Positions 8,665 to 16,853 of a stretch of DNA of 38,346 nucleotides are shown here, in pieces. A program made the position numbers and the translations under genes. The notes beneath the pieces were generated by a model. It ran no database searches. It saw only the letters and a program-made list of their open reading frames with translations, and was not told where the DNA came from. Positions within the stretch are counted from its first letter, which is position 1. Each line of letters begins with the position of its first letter. Source of the stretch: a virus (Duplodnaviria > Caudoviricetes); IMG/VR virus record IMGVR_UViG_3300040734_000108, positions 1 through 38,346 of that record. One strand, 5' to 3'.

Positions 8665-8783
8665 AGCCGGGGCGGCGTGGAAGGACACGCGGCCAAAAGA
8701 CTAAGGGCGACCGCAGACGTGCGGCAATCGTCATGAAGCTGAGCTGGTCCGCTCATAGCCGGTATCAAGCCCGGCCCCCGGCT
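8665..8783 (+). ncRNA. tRNA-like structured RNA, unit 2
   Basis: Same closing stem; GCGTG-GAAGGA-CACGC (compensatory change vs unit 1); GCCGG-TATCAAGC-CCGGC. Confidence 0.6.
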
Positions 8784-8796
8784 CGATCAGCAACCT

Positions 8797-8870
8797 ACCC
8801 CCCCTCGATCCCCCCTTATCAGGGGGGAAGGTTGTAAGCCTCCCCTGACAAGGGGAGGTTTGGAGGGGTT
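8797..8870. repeat. REP-like doublet family B
   Basis: CCCCCCTTATCAGGGGGG ... CCTCCCCTGACAAGGGGAGG; near inverted copy at 18691-18768. Confidence 0.85.
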
Positions 8871-8890
8871 TGACGAAATGGAGATAACGA

Positions 8891-9082
8891 ATGAAACCAC
8901 CGTATTTCGAACTGACCAGCAGATGCAGCAACGACCGCTGCGCGACCGACCGCTTCCACACCAGGCGCAAGCGGGTGCAGTACATATCCACCAGCGGGGA
9001 GCTGAAAAGCACTACCAACCAGGTCTGCCCCACCTGCCGCTGCTGGGGGCAGGTGGAAGCCATCCGGGAGGTGCTCGCATGA
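8891..9082 (+). CDS. Small zinc-ribbon protein
   Basis: GGAG RBS; CxxxxC and CPTC motifs. Confidence 0.7.
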   Translation: MKPPYFELTSRCSNDRCATDRFHTRRKRVQYISTSGELKSTTNQVCPTCRCWGQVEAIREVLA

Positions 9083-9234
9083 AATGCCCCACCTGCAACA
9101 ACCCCCTGCTGCCCGAACACGACCGCATCAAGTGCGTCGTCTGCGGCTACAGCAAATGGGATAACTTCACGGTCAGAAAACCCGGCGCAAGCGAGAAAAT
9201 AAATTTAGGAGGAAAACATGGCAGGAATCAATGA
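9079..9234 (+). CDS. Small zinc-ribbon protein
   Basis: GGGAGG RBS, ATGA coupling; MKCPTC...KCVVCGY. Confidence 0.7.
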   Translation: MKCPTCNNPLLPEHDRIKCVVCGYSKWDNFTVRKPGASEKINLGGKHGRNQ

Positions 9235-9445
9235 CATCGCAAAGAAAACAGGTGTAAAGGCCGACGATATCACGTTGGTGCTCGGCGCAATCCGCAGGAC
9301 AGTCAACGAGGGAGAACGGGTCCAGATCCAGGGTTTCGGCACCTTCAAGATAAAGACCCGCGCGGCCCGCACCAGCCGCAACCCCAGGACCGGCGAGCCG
9401 GTGCAGGTGGAAGAGAAACAGGTGCTGACGTTCAAGGCGTCGTGA
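9218..9445 (+). CDS. HU/IHF-family DNA-binding protein
   Basis: [12 protein letters not shown]...[14 protein letters not shown] signature; AGGAGG RBS. Confidence 0.92.
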   Translation: MAGINDIAKKTGVKADDITLVLGAIRRTVNEGERVQIQGFGTFKIKTRAARTSRNPRTGEPVQVEEKQVLTFKAS

Positions 9446-9543
9446 TCGTTGAACCTGGGTCCGGACCCGTTCCGGCCTCACATTGAGCGATTATAAACGC
9501 GTTTATTGCCAAGATCCTAACTGTTTTTAAACGGAAAATCCGC

Positions 9544-9819
9544 GTGCAAAACGACATAAAAAAACAAAAAGCCAGAGAAAAACGCACGCACATGACCGGC
9601 GAGGAATTGCGGCGGATGCGAGGCGAGATGAAGTTCGCTCCGCGCGACATGCGCGCCGAGCTGGACCTGCCCCGGCGAACCTATCAGGACTACGAAGCCG
9701 GCAAGCGTGGCATCCCCGCCGCCCTGGCCGTCCGGATTCGCGAGCTGCACCGGCAGGACCGGGAGTGGGTGGCAGGGATCGGCGGGCGAGTGGATCTGAA
9801 CGAGGAGAAACAACCGTGA
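9544..9819 (+). CDS. XRE-type HTH protein
   Basis: MTGEELRRMR...LDLPRRTYQDYEAGKRGIP; start may be 9592. Confidence 0.75.
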   Translation: MQNDIKKQKAREKRTHMTGEELRRMRGEMKFAPRDMRAELDLPRRTYQDYEAGKRGIPAALAVRIRELHRQDREWVAGIGGRVDLNEEKQP

Positions 9820-10292
9820 ACGAAATCCAGTACACCGTCACCGGGCATCCGGTACGCATGCACGGGGCCGCGTACATCCCGCGCTCCATCCAGGCGTTGC
9901 AGACACTGTCGGTCTGGCGTAACGAAAACGCCGCTGCGCCGGACGCATGGCTGCGGGAGGATATCTGCAAGGCCTTCAAATACTGGGTAGGCCTGAAGCT
10001 GGGCAACACCCCGGCAGTGGAGATGCTCCCCATCACCGCCGAGATGTGGGTGGAGATCGTGGGCGAAGGGATGAATGAAGAGCAGGACCGCGAGCGGGTG
10101 CGGGTGGCGTTTCGCCAGCTGTTCCGCACGGTCAAGTGGTGGCCGCAACCGGCGGACCTGCTGAAGATCCTGCCGAGGCGCCCTTCGACTCCGCTCAGGG
10201 ACCGGTCGGTGAGCGGAGTCGAACCGCAAACCGACGAGGACCACGCCGCCACATCGGCACGGTTTCAGGATATTTTGGATTCATTGAAATAA
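9816..10292 (+). CDS. Hypothetical Mu-like phage protein
   Basis: GAGGAG RBS, GTGA overlap; AF.QLF...KWWPQPADLL motif. Confidence 0.75.
   Translation: MNEIQYTVTGHPVRMHGAAYIPRSIQALQTLSVWRNENAAAPDAWLREDICKAFKYWVGLKLGNTPAVEMLPITAEMWVEIVGEGMNEEQDRERVRVAFRQLFRTVKWWPQPADLLKILPRRPSTPLRDRSVSGVEPQTDEDHAATSARFQDILDSLK
10181..10226. repeat. REP-like family A doublet, in-frame
   Basis: Near-identical reverse complement of 3568-3612; encodes PSTPLRDRSVSGVEP. Confidence 0.85.
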
Positions 10293-10363
10293 CCCCTCCC
10301 GGCCTCCCCTTATCAGGGGAGGAGCAAAACTTCCCCCCTGACAAGGGGGGATTGAGGGGGGTT
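10291..10363. repeat. REP-like doublet family B
   Basis: CCTCCCCTTATCAGGGGAGG ... CCCCCCTGACAAGGGGGG. Confidence 0.85.
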
Positions 10364-10375
10364 GGAGGATACACC

Positions 10376-10789
10376 ATGGCATCACGCGCAAATCTCGCAA
10401 AAATTCACATAGCCAAGAAGGAGCTGGGCCTGGACGATGACACCTACCGGGACATCCTGCACGTCCAGTTTAAAAAGCGTTCCAGCGCCGATTTAAGCGA
10501 CCTTCAATGCACCCGCCTGCTCCAGCATTTTGAAGCCTTGGGTTGGACGCCTCCCATCGCCACAAAACGGAACCATGGCCGCAAGCCGCACCACATGGAC
10601 AAAAGTGCCCGTCTGGCCAAGATCGAGGCATTGCTGGCCGAGGCGGGTAGATCCTGGGCCTATGCCGACGGCATGGCCCGGCACATGTACAAGGTCGACA
10701 GCGTCCAGTTCTGCACCGACGAGCAGCTGCGCGGCATCGTGGCGGCGCTGGTCAAGAACGCCCGGAAGCAGGGCCGTAAAACAAAGTGA
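10376..10789 (+). CDS. gemA: GemA/gp16-like protein (DUF1018)
   Basis: AKIHIAKKELGLDDDTYRDIL...SSADL signature; GGAGG RBS; precedes Mor. Confidence 0.9.
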   Translation: MASRANLAKIHIAKKELGLDDDTYRDILHVQFKKRSSADLSDLQCTRLLQHFEALGWTPPIATKRNHGRKPHHMDKSARLAKIEALLAEAGRSWAYADGMARHMYKVDSVQFCTDEQLRGIVAALVKNARKQGRKTK

Positions 10790-10846
10790 GGAGTAAAGAG
10801 TGAGGGGTGAGGTTTTGCTCCTCACGTCTGACGCCTCACCCCTCAC
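10786..10846. repeat. Heptamer inverted repeat family C
   Basis: GTGAGGA-type arm then CCTCAC-type arm; starts in the gemA stop codon. Confidence 0.8.
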
Positions 10847-10858
10847 AATGGAGTTACC

Positions 10859-11434
10859 ATGAACCTGGAACATTACCCCGAAGAGCTGGAAGGTGTGTTC
10901 GCCAAGATCAGCGACCTGCTGACAGAGCGCGGCGTGGAGGCGGAACTGGCGGCCGAGGCGGCCTTTGCCATCACCGAATTCATGCGGCGGGAATGGGGCG
11001 GCGTGGCGATCTACTTCCGTAAGCCGCATCGAAAAGAGACGGCAGAAAATCCCACCCCCGCGCTGTTCGATGTTCCGGAATCCATCGCCCCGACAGAGCC
11101 TGATGCCCGCGACTACCACGCCCTGCTGGCCGCCCGTTGCACCGAGATCCTGACCGGCATGAACATCTACCCAGCACTGGGCCAGACCGTCGCCGACATG
11201 GTACGCGACGACTGGACCGGACAGGCGGTGTACGTCAACAAGGGTCTCAAGTGGCAGCTGGCCCGTCGGGATTACGCCATCTGGCGGGAATGGGACGGCA
11301 GCTATGCCGTCAAAATGGCGCTGATGAAGCAGAACAACATCAGCGAGGTGCGCTTCTACCAGGTCATCAACGCGGTGCGGAAGAGAGAGTTCAGGAGGAC
11401 ACAGCCGGTGCTGCCGGGAGTGGTGGGAGAGTAG
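10859..11434 (+). CDS. Mor/C-family transcription activator
   Basis: WGG..IYF and WTGQAVYV..G...RRDYAIW.EWDG plus C-terminal HTH; last gene before lysis. Confidence 0.85.
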   Translation: MNLEHYPEELEGVFAKISDLLTERGVEAELAAEAAFAITEFMRREWGGVAIYFRKPHRKETAENPTPALFDVPESIAPTEPDARDYHALLAARCTEILTGMNIYPALGQTVADMVRDDWTGQAVYVNKGLKWQLARRDYAIWREWDGSYAVKMALMKQNNISEVRFYQVINAVRKREFRRTQPVLPGVVGE

Positions 11435-11487
11435 AGGATTGACATCACTTGGACAGTCACTATGGAAACTGCAGCGTCATTTTTCCC

Positions 11488-11516
11488 AAGCCCCTCCCCC
11501 CGAGGGGCTTTTTATT
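11488..11516 (+). terminator. Intrinsic terminator
   Basis: AAGCCCCTC-CCCCC-GAGGGGCTT followed by TTTATT. Confidence 0.75.
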
Positions 11517-11518
11517 AC

Positions 11519-11560
11519 TGAAACCGTTTAATTTCCCCACAAATCCCACTCTGCTACCTT
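11519..11560 (+). promoter_or_regulatory. Putative activator-dependent late promoter (lysis/packaging operon)
   Basis: TGAA-ACCG-TTTA, 21 nt, TGC-TACCTT. Confidence 0.7.
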
Positions 11561-11637
11561 CAATCCCGCCATGCAGTACCTCTCTCAAGCGGGTCAAGGT
11601 TTCCCAAGGGCCTTGACCCGCGCCCAAAGGAGCCCCC

Positions 11638-12150
11638 ATGACGTTCCCCCTGCTGACCCGCCAGGTCGATACCATCGTTATCCACTGCGCCGATACCCCC
11701 AACGGCAAATCCTTCACCGCCAAGGACATCGACAGCTGGCACCGCCAGCGCGGCTGGTTTCGCAACGACCAATTCCGCATCCGCCTGGGCTATAACCCCG
11801 GCCTGACCTCCATCGGTTATCACTACGTTATCGGCATCACCGGCCAGGTCGAGACCGGCCGCCACCCGAACGAGATCGGCGCCCATGTCGCCGGTCACAA
11901 CGCCCACAGTATCGGCATCTGCCTGGTGGGCAACGACCGCTTCACCCCGGAGCAGTGGTCCAGCCTGGACTCGCTGATCACGGAAATCGCCAAGATGATC
12001 GTCGTCGGGGTCAACCCGGTGAAGAACGTCAAGGTCGTCGGCCATTGCCAGCTGGACACGCACGGCAAGACCTGCCCCAACTTCGACGTGCCGGCCTGGC
12101 AGAAACGCGGCCGCGTGCCGGAGACCGGGAACGTGCTGCTGACGGATTAA
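11638..12150 (+). CDS. N-acetylmuramoyl-L-alanine amidase endolysin (T7 lysozyme-like)
   Basis: IVIHCADT, IGYHYVI, GAHVAGHN..SIGICLVG, GH...KTCP zinc motifs. Confidence 0.95.
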   Translation: MTFPLLTRQVDTIVIHCADTPNGKSFTAKDIDSWHRQRGWFRNDQFRIRLGYNPGLTSIGYHYVIGITGQVETGRHPNEIGAHVAGHNAHSIGICLVGNDRFTPEQWSSLDSLITEIAKMIVVGVNPVKNVKVVGHCQLDTHGKTCPNFDVPAWQKRGRVPETGNVLLTD

Positions 12151-12174
12151 GCGACAAAACGAAAGGACGTATCC

Positions 12175-12408
12175 ATGAAACGACGCATCGCCATCACCAT
12201 TTTAGCCGCCCTGCTCTGCGCCTCCGCCGCCTCCGCCGCCGACCAAGGAACCACGGCCCCCTCCTGGATCATGAACAACTCCGGCACTATCTTCGGAGCG
12301 CTTTTGGCCATCTCCGAACTCATGGCCCTTATCCCCGCGTTCAAGGGGAACGGCATCCTGGACAGCATCATCAAGGCACTGAAGGCACTGGCCGGCAACA
12401 ACGACTAG
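12175..12408 (+). CDS. Holin-like membrane protein
   Basis: Two hydrophobic segments; follows the endolysin. Confidence 0.55.
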   Translation: MKRRIAITILAALLCASAASAADQGTTAPSWIMNNSGTIFGALLAISELMALIPAFKGNGILDSIIKALKALAGNND

Positions 12409-12417
12409 GGTGATTCC

Positions 12418-12666
12418 ATGGCCGACGACATGGACCGCGTCCAGGCGGTGAACGAATGGTGGCAGGAGGAATGCCTGGCGGAACATCGAAGACGTAAGGA
12501 GTCAGGAGTGAGGAGTAAGGAGCAAAACCTTACCCCTCACTCCTCACCCCTTACGGTGTGTGAGGATTGCGGCGAGGAGATTCCCGAGAAACGCCGACGG
12601 GCCGTCCCCGGCTGCCGGCGCTGCATCGACTGCCAAGAAAAACTTGAAAACCGGAGACCTCTGTGA
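12418..12666 (+). CDS. TraR/DksA C4 zinc-finger protein
   Basis: MADDMD; CEDCGEEIPEKRRRAVPGCRRCIDCQ. Confidence 0.93.
   Translation: MADDMDRVQAVNEWWQEECLAEHRRRKESGVRSKEQNLTPHSSPLTVCEDCGEEIPEKRRRAVPGCRRCIDCQEKLENRRPL
12493..12555. repeat. Heptamer inverted repeat family C, in-frame in TraR
   Basis: 63-nt (21-codon) element encoding RKESGVRSKEQNLTPHSSPLT. Confidence 0.85.
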
Positions 12667-12989
12667 ATTACACCGCCGCCATGTTCTGGCTCAATCTCTG
12701 TCTCTGCGTCGTCAACCAGGTTGGCCTTCTCTATGTGTGGTGGAGCAACAGGGAGAAGGTCACCGCCAAACGATTCCAACTCTTGGAACGCCGCCTCGAT
12801 CTGCTGGAAGCCGACATCAAAGTACGCCAGCCCTGCGGCAACCACGACCGGATGGAGGCAAACGACGTCAAACTTTTCGAGAACCTGGACCGCCTCCATG
12901 GCGACATTCGCGAATTGTGCGGAAACGTGAAGGGCATTTCAAAACAACTTGTACTGGTGAATGAACATCTTCTGAACGGAGGGAAATGA
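12663..12989 (+). CDS. DUF2730-like membrane-anchored coiled-coil protein
   Basis: N-terminal TM plus coiled coil; Mu gp25-like position. Confidence 0.75.
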   Translation: MNYTAAMFWLNLCLCVVNQVGLLYVWWSNREKVTAKRFQLLERRLDLLEADIKVRQPCGNHDRMEANDVKLFENLDRLHGDIRELCGNVKGISKQLVLVNEHLLNGGK

Positions 12990-13300
12990 TGGGCGAGGCA
13001 TATGATCGGCTGATGACGGAACATCGGCGACTCTCGATTCTGCGAGCGCTGGAGGATCCGCAGATCGGACCCGAGTGCAATGACTCGATCCTGCACGACA
13101 TCGTGGTCCGGGAATACTGCATCAAGAGTTCACGCGATCAGATCCGGACCGCGTTGACCTGGCTGAAAGACCAGGGACTGATCAGGCTCAAAATCCTGGA
13201 AGGGGGCGTCTACATCGGCGGCGCCACCCAAAACGGCAACGACGTGGCGCGCGGCAACACTGTTGTTCCCGGCGTCAAGTTTCCCTCTCCGGAACTGTGA
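12986..13300 (+). CDS. Mu gp26-like winged-helix protein
   Basis: RRLSILRAL...SRDQIRT.L.WL..QGL...G.DVA.G...VPGV. Confidence 0.85.
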   Translation: MMGEAYDRLMTEHRRLSILRALEDPQIGPECNDSILHDIVVREYCIKSSRDQIRTALTWLKDQGLIRLKILEGGVYIGGATQNGNDVARGNTVVPGVKFPSPEL

Positions 13301-13866
13301 TCATGGGTAAACGGGCCGAACTGGAATTGGAAGCGATCCGGCTGTATGCCGAGGGCAAGGAAATTCCCACTATCTCGGAATTGATTAGTGTCTCTCAAAA
13401 CAGCCTGCGGGAATGGAAAAAACGTGCGGGCAATGAATGGGATGAGGCACGACAGGTCACGCGCACATCGGTTGTTGCCAATACGGAGGATGCACGTTCC
13501 CGCGTTCGCCGCTCCCGCGAGATCGCCGCCCAGATCATGGGAGATTCCCGCAGTCAGTCCGATATGGGGCTGGCGCTGAACCAGGCGCTGCAGTCCGGCA
13601 TCTATGACCTGATCGGCCAGATCCAGACCATCGACATCGACGACGAAGACGCCGTATCCCGCGCCATCGAGCGAGTCAATATGCTGACTCTGTCGCTGGG
13701 CCGCCTGGAAACGGCCGCGTTCCGGAATACCAAGAACGAGCAGGAGATCAGGAAGAAGGCCCTGGAGGACGCGGCGAAGGAAGTTGAGAAAACTGCCAAA
13801 CAGGAAGGGGTCTCGGCGGAGTCGATCATGAAGATCCGTCGCGATGTCCTGATGATGGCTGTATGA
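13297..13866 (+). CDS. Terminase small subunit (gp27-like)
   Basis: N-terminal HTH; C-terminal IRKKALEDAA...G.S.E....IR..V.; precedes large subunit. Confidence 0.82.
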   Translation: MIMGKRAELELEAIRLYAEGKEIPTISELISVSQNSLREWKKRAGNEWDEARQVTRTSVVANTEDARSRVRRSREIAAQIMGDSRSQSDMGLALNQALQSGIYDLIGQIQTIDIDDEDAVSRAIERVNMLTLSLGRLETAAFRNTKNEQEIRKKALEDAAKEVEKTAKQEGVSAESIMKIRRDVLMMAV

Positions 13867-15302
13867 AAATAGTTAAGGCCAAGCACATACCGCCCAACCC
13901 GGACGGACTTTTCCTCCCCTATCAGGAAAAATGGATTGTCGATCGCAGCCGGCTCAAACTCATGGAGAAATGCCGTCAGATCGGCCTGTCCTGGTCCACC
14001 GCCTACGCCGCCGACGAGCGGACCGCCGAAGCCGGAGCCAAGTGGGATCAATGGATTTCCAGCCGTGACGATCTCCAGGCGCGCCTGGTCATCGAAGACT
14101 GCAAGATGTTCGCTAAGATCCTACAGATCGCCGCCGATGATTTGGGCGAGCGGGTCATCGACGAAGAGCGCAAGATTTCTGCCTATGTGCTGCACTTCGC
14201 CAACGGTCGACGGATTCACTCCATGAGTTCCAACCCCGACGCCCAGGCCGGAAAGCGCGGCGGACGTATCCTGGACGAATTCGCCCTTCACCCCGATCCG
14301 CGCAAGCTCTGGTCCATCGCCTATCCCGGCATCACTTGGGGCGGCAACATGGAAGTCATCTCCACCCATCGCGGCAGCAACAACTTCTTCAATCTGCTGA
14401 TCCGGGAGATCCGCGAGCACGGCAACCCCAAGAAGATCAGCCTGCACCGGGTCACCCTCCAGGACGCGCTCGACCAGGGATTCCTGTTCAAGCTGCAGCA
14501 GAAACTGCCCGCAGACCACGAAGTCCAGGAGATGGTTGAAAGTGACTATTTCAACTTCATCAAGGGAGGCTGCGCCGACGAGGAATCCTTCCTCCAGGAA
14601 TACATGTGCGTCCCGGCCGACGACGCCATCGCCTTTCTGGAATACGACCTGATCGCCAGCTGCGAGTACGGCAACCAGGACACATGGGAAATCAATCCAG
14701 TCCTGACCAAACCCCAGGGCCGGCTCTTCGCCGGGGTCGATATAGGCCGCAAGAAAGACCTGACCGTCCTCTGGCTGCTGGAACTGCTGGGAGATGTGCT
14801 CTACACCCGCATGGTGATCGAGCTGCGCAACATGACCAAAGGCCAGCAGGAGGACATCATCTGGCCGGTTATCGCCCACTGCGACCGGACCTGTTTCGAC
14901 GCCACTGGCCTGGGGATCGGCTGGGCGGACGATGCTCAGAAAAAATTCGGGACCTATCGCATCGAGCCGGTTACGTTTTCGGCGCGGGTCAAGGAAGAGC
15001 TGGCCTACCCGGTCCGCGGCAGGATGGAGGACAAAAAACTCCGCATTCCCTTCAAACCGGAGATTCGCGCCGATCTGAGGGCGGTGACCAAGGAAACCAC
15101 CGCCGCCGGCAACATTCGTTTCACTGCCGAGCGGAGCGAAAACGGCCATGCCGACCGTTTCTGGGCGCTGGCCCTGGCGATCCATGCGGCAGGGACCGAC
15201 GCCGGTCCTGCCTGGGCAGGCTCCCGATCCACCACCAACCAGCGTGACTCCTATGCCGGCTACGGCACAGGCACAGCCAAAGACCTCCTCCAAGGATACT
15301 GA
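13863..15302 (+). CDS. Terminase large subunit (gp28-like)
   Basis: LPYQ..W, KCRQIGLSW, ILDEFA, GVDIGRKKD, HADRFWALALA. Confidence 0.96.
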   Translation: MKIVKAKHIPPNPDGLFLPYQEKWIVDRSRLKLMEKCRQIGLSWSTAYAADERTAEAGAKWDQWISSRDDLQARLVIEDCKMFAKILQIAADDLGERVIDEERKISAYVLHFANGRRIHSMSSNPDAQAGKRGGRILDEFALHPDPRKLWSIAYPGITWGGNMEVISTHRGSNNFFNLLIREIREHGNPKKISLHRVTLQDALDQGFLFKLQQKLPADHEVQEMVESDYFNFIKGGCADEESFLQEYMCVPADDAIAFLEYDLIASCEYGNQDTWEINPVLTKPQGRLFAGVDIGRKKDLTVLWLLELLGDVLYTRMVIELRNMTKGQQEDIIWPVIAHCDRTCFDATGLGIGWADDAQKKFGTYRIEPVTFSARVKEELAYPVRGRMEDKKLRIPFKPEIRADLRAVTKETTAAGNIRFTAERSENGHADRFWALALAIHAAGTDAGPAWAGSRSTTNQRDSYAGYGTGTAKDLLQGY

Positions 15303-15304
15303 CG

Positions 15305-16837
15305 ATGAGAAACGGCCTTTACCTGCCCGACGGCAGCTTCATGCGCTTCGCGGATGCCTCCTCCGGTTCACTCTCCCAGGAGATCGCCGTCCGCTCACGG
15401 TCCATAGACTACTACGGCATCGGCAACATATACCTGCCCAACCCCGACCCGGTCCTGAAAGCCCAGGGCAAGGACATTCAGGTCTACACCGATCTGCTGG
15501 TGGACGACCGGGTCGGCGGCGGGGCCATCAACCGCGTCGCCGCCGTCAAGAGCCTGGTCTGGAAGATCGAGCGCGGACAGGCCAGCGCACGCCAGCACAA
15601 AGCCCTCCAGACGCTGTTTGCCGGTTACGACATGGACGCCATCTTCGAAGCGATCGTCAAGGGGGCTCGGGGGTACGGCTACAGCCCGATCGAGCTGATC
15701 TGGGGATTGCGCGACGGGCTCTCCCTGCCGCTCTCTCTGACGGGCAAGCCTCAACGCTGGTTCGTTTACGACCAGGATAACAGGTTGCGCTTCTGCTCCC
15801 GCGAGAAGCTGCTGGAAGGCGAGGAACTGCCTCCCCGTACCTTCATCTGTCCCACCAACGAGGCCAGCTACGACAACCCCTACGGCGTCGGCCTGCTCAG
15901 CCGCTGCTTCTGGCCGGTGGTCTTCAAGAAAGGGGGGTGGCGCTTCTGGATCAAATTCAGCGAGAAGTTCGGCCAGGTCTGGCCGGTGGGCAAGCTGCCC
16001 CGCTCCGCCACTCCGGAGCAGCGGAGCGACCTGCTGGAGGTCCTGTCGCAGATGATCTCCGACGGCGTTGCCGTGATCCCGGATGACGGCTCGGTCGATT
16101 TTCTGGAGTCCGGATCAAAGGGCGCCACGTCGGACATGTACAACGGCATTATCGCCCAGGCCAACTCGGCCATCAGCACCATCTGGCATGGTCACGCCGG
16201 TGCGGGAGAATCCACCAGCGGCAAGCTGGGGCAGGACGAAACCGCCCTCGTAGTCCGCGACGACCTGCGGGATGACGACGCCAACCTGATCTGCCGTACC
16301 CTGCAGCAGGTCATCAACTGGATTTTCGAAGTCAACTGGGGCTCGTCGGAAAGCGCCTGTACCTTCGTATTGACCCCGCGCGAACAGATCGACACCACCC
16401 AGTCGGAGCGGGACGTGAACCTCAGCAACACCCTGGAGCGCAGCGGTTTGAAACTGAGCCGCGACTACTTCATGCGGACTTACGGCCTGGAGGATGGCGA
16501 CATCGAGGATCAACCCACACCGCCCACTCCGGTGCCGCGCGTAGGACCGCAGTCACCGGTCAAGGCCACGCAGTACTCCGAGCCGGTACAGACCGAAAGC
16601 CAGGCCGCCATCGACTCCTTCCTGGCCTCCTTCTCCAACGACGATCTTCAACGGGAAATGAATGGGGTATTGATGCCGGTTGTAAGGGGTATTAAAGAGA
16701 TCGGCGATTTTGACGGGGCAATGGAGAAGCTGAGCGAATCCTATCCCGCCATGGATACGACACAGATGCAGGAGCTGCTGACACAGATGATCTTCACCGC
16801 CGAGCTGGCGGGGAGAATAGACAAATCAACCAACTAA
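15305..16837 (+). CDS. Portal protein (gp29/DUF935)
   Basis: YGYS..EL.W, NPYG.GLL...FWP..FK, F.EKFG motifs. Confidence 0.95.
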   Translation: MRNGLYLPDGSFMRFADASSGSLSQEIAVRSRSIDYYGIGNIYLPNPDPVLKAQGKDIQVYTDLLVDDRVGGGAINRVAAVKSLVWKIERGQASARQHKALQTLFAGYDMDAIFEAIVKGARGYGYSPIELIWGLRDGLSLPLSLTGKPQRWFVYDQDNRLRFCSREKLLEGEELPPRTFICPTNEASYDNPYGVGLLSRCFWPVVFKKGGWRFWIKFSEKFGQVWPVGKLPRSATPEQRSDLLEVLSQMISDGVAVIPDDGSVDFLESGSKGATSDMYNGIIAQANSAISTIWHGHAGAGESTSGKLGQDETALVVRDDLRDDDANLICRTLQQVINWIFEVNWGSSESACTFVLTPREQIDTTQSERDVNLSNTLERSGLKLSRDYFMRTYGLEDGDIEDQPTPPTPVPRVGPQSPVKATQYSEPVQTESQAAIDSFLASFSNDDLQREMNGVLMPVVRGIKEIGDFDGAMEKLSESYPAMDTTQMQELLTQMIFTAELAGRIDKSTN

Positions 16838-16853
16838 CCAACAAACAAACAGA

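Noticed and set aside
8176-8837. ORFs 8176-8592 and 8643-8837 sharing the peptide SRYQAR.PA.SA
   Set aside because: The shared peptide is a by-product of the nucleotide repeat; no RBS, one overlaps the DUF3164-like gene, and the changes preserve base pairing rather than codons
8441-8870. CRISPR array or canonical tRNA genes
   Set aside because: Only two long structured units, no cas genes; no CCA, no 7-nt anticodon loop and an 8-nt T-like loop, so reported as tRNA-like ncRNA instead
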